A DNA stretch of 63,268 bases, the filler included, from Trichosphaerium sp. ATCC 40318 (lineage: Eukaryota; Protista; Tubulinea), in NCBI GenBank assembly GCA_038496445.1. It is 3 parts of 3 records of this genome, joined end to end, with 100 filler letters (N's around TTAATTAATTAA, not from the genome) between each part and the next. Parts side by side here need not be neighbours in the genome. Positions count along the whole stretch, not along the records: positions 39,375 to 63,268 come from JALMLS010000349.1; 2 more parts are not named here. One strand, 5' to 3'. The position numbers and the translations under genes were made by a program. A model generated the notes under the pieces. That model was not told the origin of the DNA and made no database searches. It was given only the letters and a program-made list of their open reading frames with translations. The first letter of the stretch is position 1; each line of letters opens with the position of its first letter. Shown one piece after another: positions 50,940-63,268 of this stretch.

Positions 50940-51928
50940 TTTGACGAGTACAACTCATCGGTAAAGAAAAAACTTTTAAAATAAAGAGTTATTTTCAGAA
51001 ACACTTGTAAGCTGTAAATCTCCAACTAAAGTTTATAGCGTTTGTTTATTAATGTGTTTTGACAAAGATGTTGTTGGTTAAGGCCTGCTAAACAATGAAA
51101 AAACATTGAAGCTAGGTTCAGTAATCAGCGATATAGCTGTTTTTGGTTGTTTACAAAGTTCTAACTAATGCGTAGTAGCTTATAACGACTTGTTGGTGTA
51201 TACCCGGTTTTGACCCAAAGTGAAACCATAGCAAACATGGAAAAAATGCGGATTGAGATGAAGGAATTAGTTTAGGTTCTTGGTTTTTTTTGCATTTTTA
51301 GTTAAACTCTTTTTCCCACAGTCGTTCAACGTCTCTGTATTGCTTTTTGAGCGTAGAAAACGTTGTTCGATATTGTCTCACGTTAAGTGCCTCAGTTTTT
51401 TAGGTAGTAACCGGAAAAATGCGCAAAATAAGTGAGTTTGTTTATTCACAGGTTGAAAATAAAAACCAAGAATTTTTGACTTGTAGCGACTCCAGACGAA
51501 ACAGCCAGTGTTAATAGGGACTGTCACAAATACTGTTTAGTTAAACCTTTATGTATACCCAATCCAGATCTTTATTGCCACCGATGATAACCCAACGTAA
51601 GGGCAGCATCGCTTTTGAGACAGTTTCGAAAATTATGACATTTTTAATTTAATTTATTATTTACGGATTACGAGAATCATTGAGACGTTTTTACTCACCT
51701 CAGAACCGTCCTAACTTTAAATTGCTACTTTGAACATTTAGCCAGTATTCTATACTTAGAGTACGTAAAAAATTTTTGCGATTCGTTCTTGCTGTGCCGA
51801 GGAAAAGTACCGCAAAGCAATTTTTTTACAACAAACTTTTCAAAAATGTCGGAATTTCTGAATGTGTTAGGTAAGTTCATTGTATTCAACGTTGCACTAC
51901 TCTATGTTATTCTAAATACCTAAATGGT

Positions 51929-53893
51929 ATGCAAAAGAGTAACTACATGCCTTTGTAAGTTTTCCCGGGCAAGGTTACTGTGTCTTATTATAACTGGTAC
52001 GATTGTAATTCTTAAAGCTACAAAACGTGTAATAGCGAAAATACAAGCGTCAGTATGGTTAACAAAAGGCTAGGAGCGATATTCATTATATTCCAATTTA
52101 TACTGGTTGAGGGACGCAGTGCCACTTCCTATGAGCCCAATGCAAGCACAGGTACGTATTTTTGTAGTTTTAATATCGCTGTGAAACAATAATCTCCCTA
52201 AAACGCACTTACACGCTATTTTAGCGCAAATACTTGAAAGAGGACTAGAAAGAACGCCCATAATTAAAAATATCCTTCATTTCATGCGGTTCATCTCAAG
52301 ACCACTATACGACAGTACGTCATGATATTATCTGTCAGAATAAAATAATTAAACAAATTCTATTTAACCACTAACATGGTTTCAGGTCAAAGTTATGATG
52401 ACTGGCACAAATTCTCGTATAATCCCACTAACCTACCCGAAACTTGTACAAAAAATGGGTGGGCAGTGCGCAAAGACAGTGTCAAGTTGTACGATGCCTT
52501 CTTATTCAGTCACGTGAGTGTCACGTGATGATATTCTTTTTGCAACACAACAAAAAAGCAATTGCTGACTCTGGTGTATTAAAGGAACTTGATATCTTGG
52601 AGATTCGGCTTAAGGAACTATATGACATAGTTGATTTTTTCGTAATTACTGAATCCAAACAGACATTTTCTAAGCAAGGTGACGTTGACTACTTTAATTT
52701 TTTTCGAAAATTGCTTATTTGGGTTTTTTTGTAAAAATGTTTAACAATAATTATTAGGCCAGAAAAACTTGTTTTTTAACCTTACTAAATCTACGCGGTT
52801 TAAAAAATATATGCCAAAGATAATTCATCACATTACAGAACCGGGTGGTAAGTTACAAATACAGACTTAAACCAAGTTTATTCCCAAAATAGGATCTTTA
52901 TTTCTTGCCGAAGCCAAGTCCAGAAATTCCCAACAACAAGGATTAATGGAGGTACAAATCACCTCAATATGTGGTATACTCATACCTAACTAGGCTGGTA
53001 TTAAACCAGGTGACATCGTTTTTTTAAGTGACGTTGATGAGATACCAAGAAAGTCTGCATTAAAATTATTTAAAACATGCTCTCAGTACGTTTACTCCTG
53101 CAAGTGCTTACCTATAAATACCTAACAATCTATTAGGTTTCCTAGCATAGTATACTTCTCTTTGCGACATTATATGTATAGTTTTGTTTACCCTTTGGAG
53201 TATCATGTAACAGGCAAGAAAAGATTGAATGTTTGTTCGCCGTTTTCTTTGTACTTAGTTGTTTGGTGTAGGAAAGGTTATCACCTATACATCAGGTGAG
53301 AATTACATGGGTCGTGTTAAAAAAGGTAATGGAAATATGTTACTTAATGCGGGGTGGCATTGTAGCTTCTGTTTTAGGTGCGTACTAGTTAGCTATCTTT
53401 TTCCTCTCATTTTTCTTTTCATCTTCTTTTTTTGACAATATTCTAGATACTTAGATGATATCACACATAAACTACAGTCATATTCACATAGAGAACGATA
53501 CAGAAAGTATCATGAGAATCTCAACTTACTCCAGAAGAAGATACAGAATGGGAACTTTATTTATGACTCAGTACGCCTTTTTTTTTTTTTTGTGATTTCA
53601 ACACATCCATGATAAGCATGTGACTCAAGTACTCATCTTTTTTCTTTAGTGGCCAGAAGCCTTCAGTTTTAAAAACATTTGGAGCCTTTGGCCGCCTTTT
53701 AGAAAGCACATTAGTGATGATGTGCCTATCGCTGTTAACAAAGACAAGAAAAACTTCGGATTCCTTAATACAAAGGTACACGACTTTCACGAACACGTGT
53801 TTTTGTTTACAACTGGCGCAGGAATGCATACGTGAACGTCATAATCCTATCACTTACTGGGATGAAATGTATCCTCAACCATATAAAAAGTAA
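51929..53893 (+). CDS. GT17 beta-1,4-N-acetylglucosaminyltransferase (MGAT3-like); start approximate
   Basis: YDAFLF..ELDILEIRLKELYDIVDFFVITES, SDVDEIP, AGWHCSFCF, KLQSYSH. Confidence 0.9.
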
Positions 53894-53999
53894 GAAATAA
53901 AAAAGATTGTATGATTTGTAACCATTTATCTCCTTTTCATTATCAATACCATAAGTAGGAAAGCGTTAGTATTGATGTATCACACTGTGGGTGGTATAA

Positions 54000-54978
54000 A
54001 GTGAGTTGAGTTCAAACAGACGGTGGAATTACAAGAACATTTGTTTTATTTATCGACTATTAAACAATTGAGATACTCCATTTGCTATCATAGTAGCCCA
54101 TGTAGTATTCGCTCTGAACGAATCACCTGTCAAAGAACGTAAAGGAGATAGATCAGTGAACTCTACAATAGGTATATTCTTAACCCAGAAAGGACCATTA
54201 ATCGATAAACAAAAAGTTGTCAATTTTCCTTACAAATATCTTTCCCAGCAAAGTTCAATGAGAACGGATAGAACTTAACTCCGTACAGACCCATTGCATA
54301 ATCCATTAAATCAGCTAACCCGGCAGAGTTCTTATTAGCAAAACCAGCTATGAAGTTACCTCTAAATCCATCAACCTTCATTCTTTCATATGTTTTGGTA
54401 AAAGTGTTGCAAACGCTTCTGGTATATTTGCTGATCCAAGTGTATTATTATAATTAGCTATCTCATCTAAGTTAACTCATGTTATCTTATTAACATGTGG
54501 ATAGTTTTCAACGAAATAAGTAGCTGCAGGAGGAAGTAATTTTCCGCAAGAATCATCAATAAAAAGTAAAAAGATTCCTTGTTGGTTTGCAAGAATTCTT
54601 GCGATTTCTAGAGCTGCTCCTATTCCAGCAGCGTTATCATCAATGCCCAGGGCTAAGAGCTGCACCTGCACTACCTGTACAGCGTGGCTGGTAGTGAACC
54701 ATCAGAATAGCCATTTCGCTTTTTATAGAACCAATAAGCAATAATGTTCTTAAACGGCCTGTTTGTATTGAAGGTTTGTATCCGAGCTTGTTGAGTTGAT
54801 TAATAATGTATTGTCTGTTATTGGCTACAACTCTTTGGAATCCAGCGTCGCCAGGGCATACTGCATCGCTTGAAAGCTTTCTTATTGTATTGTCTATATA
54901 CGACTTTCGTACTTGGCCGAGAGCACCGCAATATAAGCAAAGGGTTACAATAGCACAAAGTGCAAGTAGATGCGTCAT
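54000..54978 (-). pseudogene. Secreted M28-family peptidase-like gene, apparently degenerate
   Basis: Signal peptide; SPG/GIDDNAAGIGAALEIARILA; frame disruptions. Confidence 0.55.
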
Positions 54979-55515
54979 CGGAATTGTATTCTGAGACTAC
55001 AGTCTAAGTGCAGTTTCCTTTTTTGAAAGCGCTTAACACGGGCAAAACTTGTACCGGGATTTAAAGGCCAAATTCGGTTTCAATAAAGTGTGTAATAGTA
55101 AAGAATGGAATTGTACTGACAGGAAATACTTGTTATGTTTTGGATCTATGGTTTTTGGGATAATACAGAGGCTACTCAATACCAGCTTAAAATTAGAAGA
55201 AACGCTGAAGTTCGCGTTTTCTTCATTATTTCTGGTTTAGTTAGATACAACATTTGTCGCCCGTATCTCGGTTAGAAACAAGTTCAGCAATAGAGGACTG
55301 AGTTGGAAAGAAAAGCCGAAACCTTGCGTGTGGTGCTATTACTTTCCGCCTTTTGTCACTTTTTGTGCTTGAATACACTGGTACATGATAGTTCTGCATT
55401 GTGTTGTATGGTGATGCCAACATAACTTAATACAAGCGTAAAACATACGACTACCTTGTTAAACACTGTATTGAATCAAATTTACAAATAAAGTACATAG
55501 TGTAACTCCCGTTTA

Positions 55516-58500
55516 TCAACAACGTTCAAACATCTTCTTTAATGAACTGGAAGTAGCAATTTCATAAATCGTGCCTACAAACACAATTAAAAACAAAAAG
55601 AACTTTAGACCAAAAAAGTTCTCAACAAAAAACCCCAACATACCATCAGTAGCCCATCGTTTTGGAGGTACAAAATTCTCTTTAAGAAGCGGGAAGAATA
55701 TATTACGTATTGCATTTTTGTATTTCTACGCGTGTATAAGTAAGCAGTTGAGTTTCTTTTGTTTTAACATACCTTGGAGTCATTCTCGTCTTGAGGTAAA
55801 TGTACCTTGTAGTACTCAGCAAACTCTCTAGCACAAGTATCATAATACTCCTTCTCATTTTCCCAATCAACCTGTACAAATAAATTAATCGCGTGATTAG
55901 AGAAAGAACCAAAAACGAAAATGTCAAAAAGCGTACACCAATACCAAGACGTAGTACAAAGTTAGACAGAGCTGCAACAGAAGGAATATAACCTTGAAGA
56001 ATCAAAGGTAAACTCTTTAAATTGCCTTCCTCGTCAATATCAATATTCCAACCAAGTTCTAGCATCTCCCGTCTATCAATAAGCATGCTTTTTACATACT
56101 AGTAATCACAATTAGTTAACAACACGTGCTTGAACATCTGCAAAGAAGGTGGACGTACATCAGAAATATCATGGAGATCATCTCCTGTAAGTTCTCCTTC
56201 ATGCTGAGTCATAGAAGGATCAGCAGTGATAGCAGTTTTACATAGTTCATAAATGGATAAGCTATGAGACAACTCTATACGCTAAACAAAATTAAATTAA
56301 CCAAGTTGAAGGACATAAACAAGAACGTACAGTGAAACGTCCAAAACACTGTAAAGCAGTTTGATAAACAAGTTCGTGAACTATATTATCCGCATTACAC
56401 ATGTAAATCTTTCCTCCTTGTTGAACAACAACAAACTCGTCATCTTTATCAGGAACAATACTAATATAGAATTAACAAGCAACCAGAATTACTCTCAGAC
56501 AGTAAGTGTTAATGCACATACCCAACAAAGTGGTGGTTGCAAAATACATCTGTAAGTTTTTTATGACCTTGCTTTTTGACGTCCTGAATACTCTTTAGTT
56601 ATTCCATTGATATTGTAAGCTGTATACCTCTAGCAACTCTTGTACACAAGGTACCTCAACTTTTTTATCTTGAAGTTGTCTTTTTGGTACACTTGAATCA
56701 GATTTCTTTGTTGTTTTGCGCTTCTTCTTTGCAGGCCCGTCAGGCGTAAAGTCATCATCATCTGCACCGCTTTGATAGTCAAGCATACTAAAGGCTAGAT
56801 GTGAGTATGAATAACCCGAAATCTATACTAACGATAGTTGGCGCTTCTTAGAGGAAGCTGGAAAAGGCGAAGCTGTATCATTGGATACATGTTTGGCTGG
56901 TGATGTTCGTTGAATCGGTACTGAGTTACGTGGAGAATTGAACGGTAAAGCTGGTTTTTGTGGTGAAGTCACAGGACTTCTGTGTCCAGTTGTGGCAGGT
57001 ATTACCTAGTGATAGGATTAAGGCATTGCAGAATTATTATTAAAAAAATCAAAGAAATACATACGGAAGGATTAAATGGCCTCGAAACGTCAGCATTTTT
57101 GAGCTTCTCTATAATCGCATTTCTGATCTAAGAGGATTTTGTTATTCCCTTCAAAAGAAGATAGTATCGTACAATATCAATGATTCCTTGTTCATGAAGA
57201 AATCGAACCTTTAAAGCTTGCATTAGAAAAGTCAAAAATGTTACTTTACATTTACATACCTCTTCTTTAGCCGGGTGGACATTTACATCCAAGTGGCTTG
57301 GTTCAAGTTGTAGACTTATGTATACGAATGGATGTGATCCACGTGAAATGTAACTTGAGTATGCTGCGTCCACGGCGCGTTTCAGTGGTTTACATGATAC
57401 CAAACGATCTTGTTGAAGAAAAAAGTCAGTACATGAAACCCTTAACTGATTTTTGAACTTCTAGTGGCGTACGATTTATAAAAAGAACGAAGCAACTCTT
57501 CTTTGATGAGTATTCAGGCTTTGATAATCTGGCATCAACAGAAAACTTAAGTTTTTTATCTTCGATTGCAATCGTCAATATTGATTTTGATAGAGCGTGC
57601 CCAAACAATGTTGCAATATTATCAACTACTGTTAGACCTTTTCTTGTATGAATATCAGCTTTATTAGTACCACTCTAAATAAAATATTAAATATTATAAA
57701 TCCTTTGGGCACGCAGCATGGTGGGAAACCAAAAAGACTTTTTTTCTTTATTGATTTTTACCTTTTTTAGAGTGAACCCAACACCAGTGTTGTGTAGTGC
57801 ATATCGTTGTATTACATCAAAAACCTTTTTATATTGCGTCGTTTCATTCATACCACGCCGTCTTGATGTTGCATTATAAAACAGATCTTCAACCTGTTTC
57901 ACATAAACACGTGACCATCAAAAATAATAAAACAAAAAGATTTGAGCATACCTGAATCATTGTGCCTATTTTACCATGTGTCGGGGTTGGTTTAGTAGTC
58001 ATCTTTCCATCTTGGTATACTGCCCTTTAATAGTACGTTAGCGTTATGGGGTTTCATGCGCCACAGACAACACAATCCCAATCAGACAAACAACGGTTTT
58101 TTTTTGAATCGAAAAATTGAGTTTTGTGGTTTTACTCACTTTCATGATCACGTACTTGAATGCCGTTTTTTGATCCTTCGTTGCTGATGTTATGGTGACT
58201 CTAAGAGACATTTCAACTTTTTTGAAGAAAAATTACGTTTTTAATTAACGAGTACCTTGCTACATGACTAATACTGGCTAAAGCTTCGCCTCTGAACCCA
58301 TAAGTGGCAATACTTTTTAAATCGTCGATTACTTTTAGCTTGGAAGTACAATGACGCTCGCAAACCATTGCCAAATCCTCTTTCTACGCGCTATTATGCC
58401 AGCCAAGTACTTAATACGCACTTTAATGCCACCACCATTATCTGTTAGTTTAATAAGTTTTAAACCGCCTTTACTTAATATAACACTAATATTGGTAGCC

Positions 58501-58616
58501 CCAGCATCAATAGAGTTCTCCAGCATTTCTTTTACAGCATTTTGAGGTGCTCTTATAACCTCACCAGCTTGAATACGTACAACGACGCTCTGATCAAGCC
58601 TCTTTATGCTAGCCAT
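55516..58616 (-). CDS. MLH1: DNA mismatch repair protein MLH1
   Basis: IQAGEVI...[43 protein letters not shown]; diagnostic C-terminal FERC-stop. Confidence 0.97.
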
Positions 58617-58951
58617 GTTGTAAACAACGCAAAAGTGAACGTATATTCCACGAAGAGAAAAAAAAATAATTTTGACACGAAATGACTTTTGTGGTTTTGG
58701 GAAGATCAAACCAGAGTTTTTTACGCTTGGAAACCAACCTAACCTTTCCTTGGAAGATAATATTATTATTTTAGGCTACAAATGTACAGTTTTTGAAAAA
58801 AAATTAGTTGAAGTTCCCAACAAGAGATTAATAAGTAACATCAAGAGTCTCGATAACGATCTCTGGAAGAACGGCGTGAGTCTCGATCCCTACGACAAAA
58901 ATACATTAATATTTTAACAAAAAAAAATTAAAAAGAATGCAAGGCGTCAAA

Positions 58952-60502
58952 TTAACTTCTCTGTATGTACCTCGAGTAATCTTTACTATCTCTACGATAA
59001 TCATCACGTTTATCGTATCTAAACAATAATTAGACTCAATTTAAACGCAATAGTAACTAAGCAATGAAATTTCTTTTATAAAAGTCTTACCTATCCCTAT
59101 CTCTGTCCCGGTAACCACGATCAGACCCTCTAGAACGACTATCATAGCCTCTATCATAATCGCGTCTATCTCTATCACTTCTATCATAATCACGACGATC
59201 GCGTGACTCTCTATCTTTATAGTCTCTATCCCTTTCCCTACTGTCTCTATCTCTTGATCTACCATCTCTATACTTTCTCTCTTCCTCCTTCTCACGAAAG
59301 TACTCACGATTAGCTGGAGACGATGATGACTCAAGTAAACTCTTCCCACTAGATTCTTTAGGTTGCGCAGGTCTTGGTGGAGGATCAGGAAGATCTGGAA
59401 GAGTTGTAGGCTTTTTTTCGTAATGCCAACTTGGATCAGGCAAAACTTTACTATTTTCAAGCGCCTCAGTTTGTAAAAGTAATTGACGCCTATCTTCACA
59501 TATTTGTTCATAATTCTGAAGTGCTATGCTTGTCTCCAAGTCTTGATCCAATAGCTTCAAATTAACTCTATGTAGCTCTTGATCAGTGTCTATTTTCTTT
59601 CTGTGCAAAGACAATAACTACAAAAGAGGCCAATTAGTAAAGATCTAGATACATAAAGGCAGAAAACAGCTTATTTGAGCTTAAAAAAAGCTGGCGTTAA
59701 GAGATAGTTTCATATTGGAGGGAAACTTTTTTGTAGAATCAAATAAAACGCCATAGAGTTGAGTTTATGTCCGTTTTGACGATAGTTTTTGCTCATTGTT
59801 ACCAAAAAAATGCCATAAGTACGTAATTTTAATTAAATAAGCGCCCATGGCGTTATTCAGTTGTAAACGATAAAGTTGTAGTTTGGAATATTTAAATCTT
59901 TTTCAAAAAAAACGTACCTCGTCTTCACAGCGATTAATTTGGTCTGAACTGCGGGATAGTATTCTATGGAGCTCTTTCATTGCTGGCGTGATGCTTTCGG
60001 GCAAAAGGCCATCTAAAGTTACTTTTGGCCGTTTTTAACAGGCGCTCTACTAGCGCTTCCACTACTCGTGGATAGATTATGTGCAGAATTGTCGCGAGAA
60101 TTACTGTAGCCTCCTTTTGGAGACGAGTTAGCATATCTATGGCGCCCATAATTGTTTCTATCGCCATAAGATTGATAATGGCCTGATTTGTGCTGGTAAC
60201 TTTGTGAGTGCGCGAAATGCGACGAAGGCCTCCCTTGATTATCGCCTGAGTGGGAGTGGTAATTCTTAGCGTGTCCATTAAAAAAGGGGAGTTTCTGTAG
60301 GGACCATAGTGTGATTGGCCAGAATTGCTTCTATGACCGCTATACGAGTTGCCCTGCGGTCTACTACCAGAATTTCGTTTATTGCCGTCCCTGGTTTATT
60401 GGTTAGTCGTTTTGCAAATTCAACAGCAGACACGTACCATTGCCTTCTAGAATTATCGTAGTGCGTGTTTCGGTCGTTGTAGGGATGATAACGAGCACTC
60501 AT
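58952..60502 (-). CDS. Low-complexity RD/RS-rich protein with short coiled coil (possible RNA-processing factor)
   Basis: MSARYHPY start; RDRDSRERDRDY repeats; GT-AG introns. Confidence 0.55.
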
Positions 60503-60595
60503 TGGCCGCTCAAAGCCTCTGAAGTGTTAACACCAGTTTTTTGCGCCACTTTTTTGTGAGTCAATAAAAATCGTGTTGTTTTCGAATAATGTTGG

Positions 60596-63268
60596 ATGAA
60601 ACGTAAAGCAAGGGTCTTGACGGTGGCCCAGCGCGTAAGCGATTGTTGTCTGGTGATACGAGCGCGTTAAAGATAAAAGAAGCAATTATTGAACTAATCA
60701 TAGATACTAATGCTACATCTGTTACAGAGCGTCATCATGGTACAATTATTGAGTACTTTTAATTACCAAATGTAACGTGTCATGTAGAAACGCCGTTCAT
60801 TAGTTCGGCGTTACTTATAGATGAGATAAAAGCGAAAATAGACTTGTTAAAGGACGAAAATTATCAAGGATCAGCTAAACTAACCTCAAAACTTTTAATT
60901 GAATGGCTACAACGCGCCAAGGTGTCATATATCTACCATAATTTTATTTTAACGCCAAAACAGGATAGTTCAGAAAAAGATGTCATTGACACCGTTAAAA
61001 AAGTCCAAAATGTGCACAAACCAAGTCGTAAGGCATTCTTGGAGTATGCAACAAATTCAGCAGCGCCTCTTGTAAACGTACAATTGCTTATAGCGTTACA
61101 CAAGTCAACAGACTTATTTTTCTGAGGTTCGATTTTTAAACAAAATAAGTTATTTGCAACGTTCTAGTGGTTAACCTTCGTATCAAAATTAGGGAATACT
61201 TTTCAAGAATAGACAATAAAACTACATCGTCACTTGTAGATAATTTACGTGACTTGTCATCCAACCAAGGAGCGTTTAGAGGTGAATAATATTCAATCTT
61301 TTTTTTTTTTTTTTTAATTAATGTGTAGAATTCCTGAGCATTCTTTTGACTGTATTATCTGAGAGGTTCTTGAGTAATTCACCTATATTCGCTTACATGT
61401 ATTTTTGATTAGGGAGTCTCCTATTTGCACCCGCATTCTTGAAGAACTTGTAACGATTGACTTTATACAAGAATCCAAAAGTAAATCATTTATTTTTGCT
61501 CTTCATCTTTACTTATATCTTGAAAGATAACACCACAACTCTTTCAGTCCTACAACACTTTACTAAAATGGACGAACAAAGTGTTAAACCTTGGTTCCAC
61601 CACGTATTGCACAGTATGCTTCAATCAGGCTACAGCACTCCTTTAACCAACAGTAAGCATTTACCTTTTTTAAAGTATAAAAAAAAACCAAACAAACAAT
61701 AATACTCATCTTGATTAGGTATCTCAGAGGACGTAGACTTGCCTAAAACTCTAAAGAAAGTACTGAGAGAGCTGATATCATATTTCAAGCCTCTGGTAAT
61801 TTTTGAGGAGATTCAAAAAGCGTTAACAAGAGGAATAACTTCATCTTTCTTAATGACAAGATATTTTCTTGAGATCTTAATGCGTGAAGCCCCATTAAAG
61901 TCATTGAAAGCATCTAAGGCTCTAATATGTAGTATAGCTACTGATTCAGTTGCTTTAGCAGATAACAGAAAGATGGCAGGTATGTTAAGCTAAACAATTC
62001 CAAGCTTTGTTTACTGATGTGTTTGTAGATTGTATCAAGTTACTTGAGTATATCACAACGTGTAATTCAGATGATGCATGGAAACCCCAATACAGTTCTT
62101 GGTTTCAAGTGCGTTCGTTTACATTGTACTTAAGGTTGTAATAACAGTATTAGTACTTGTTTGTAGATGCAGAAACAAGCGTTGTTAAAAATAAGAAAGG
62201 ACAACAATTTTTATCTGATGTTTTGAACCATTTAGTTCAAACAACACCGACTCCTTTTCTTCGTGTATGTTAATATCTTGGATTGTATTACTTATTGATA
62301 CTTACATGTTTATCAAAAGGCTAATATTAGAGCATTTCAAAACGTGAAGACCCGTTGTATAAAACTTTACAGAAAATCTGCTCAGAACAAGCTCCTTGAT
62401 CGTGGTGATGAGTCTCAAGTTTGTTGGTGAGTATAGATACCGACAATCTATTTATTATACTAAAACTGCTTAGAATCACCAGATGCGTATGTTGATGCAT
62501 TCGTGGAGCTCTGCAAAGTACGTAATAACATCTGTTGTTCGTCTAAGTTTGGATTAGGAAAAAGTAGTACCCAAAGATCTGCATACTTTGCGACTTTTTA
62601 AGGCCAATTATTTCTCCAATATTTTCTTACCTGAGTTGCTTAAACCCGAACCTCTTGCTTTCATAAAGGGAACGCCAAAATACGGTCTCAATACGCTAGC
62701 AAACCAAAAGGTAAAGCCAAAAACTCGTTGGAAAATATTGACACTTTTAGTACATAAGTCGTGAGCTTTTACTAGACTGGAACAAGTCTTGTAGAGCTAT
62801 GGATATCAATAATGTATGCGTTAGCGAAGAAGGAGTTATTGATATTCTTGAGAGCGTTTTAAACAATTGGATAAAGCCCAAAGACAGCTTATCGAAGTAG
62901 TCAATGAAAATGGTAAGCTTTTTCTTAGTTTTTAGTTAATGTCTAGAAGGCGCTCCAACATCTATATCTGGTTGTATATAGAATATCGAAGGCAGTATTG
63001 CGTACTCTCGAATTACCTAAAGAAGAACAGTATGCGGAACAAGAAGTCGCAATCGTGAATAGAACAACACGTGTTCTATTGAATACGTTTCACAGAATTG
63101 TAAAATCAAAGAACCTTTCTATCAAACAACATGATAGGTATGGTATTTTTGATATCCTTAATTTAGTATTACTTATTGCATTGTTACAGGGCAACACATT
63201 TGTAGAAAATTTATTTTATTCGACATCCAGCATTGCAAAGAACTTAGTGAAGAAGATTCAAAGTATTA
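60596..63268 (+). CDS. FANCA-like helical protein, multi-exon, runs off the window
   Basis: YSSWFQ.LF...KKGQQFLSDVLNHLVQTTPTPFLR and VPKDL...LFKANYFLQYFLPELLKP recall, from memory, two consecutive FANCA N-terminal blocks (YGDWF...[48 protein letters not shown]). Confidence 0.55.

Overview
AT-rich, intron-rich eukaryotic (probably protist) genomic DNA made of three contigs joined by artificial N-TTAATTAATTAA-N linkers (15553-15652, 39275-39374). Host genes: UHRF1/ORTHRUS-like SRA-RING, a secreted glycoside-hydrolase-like protein, C2/coiled-coil, SMYD-like SET, MRI1, an NAD-dependent epimerase, F-box/Sec7, a transglutaminase with a bacterial-type N-terminal domain, MGAT3-like GT17, an M28 peptidase, MLH1, an RD/RS-rich protein and a FANCA-like gene. 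An intronless, decaying F-box/MORN2/LRR family lies at about 4.8-14.7 kb; one member is split by an L1/Tx1-like LINE with a 17-bp TSD. A complete Ty3/gypsy element (23101-32327, identical 91-bp LTRs, ATTA TSD) dominates the middle contig. The most striking feature is a 2.9-kb element nested in its RT gene immediately before the YVDD codons. It has ~113-bp TIRs and a 5-bp TSD, and no transposase; its only gene is a spliced His-Cys box homing endonuclease. The TSD is the exact centre of a 19-bp symmetric site (GACGT-GT-CTTTG-TT-ACGTC), and the left end carries an inverted copy of the target flank. This is a candidate homing-endonuclease-driven parasite of retrotransposon RT active sites. The mirror copy at 15653-22534 is probably a fold-back assembly or amplification chimera and is not independent evidence.
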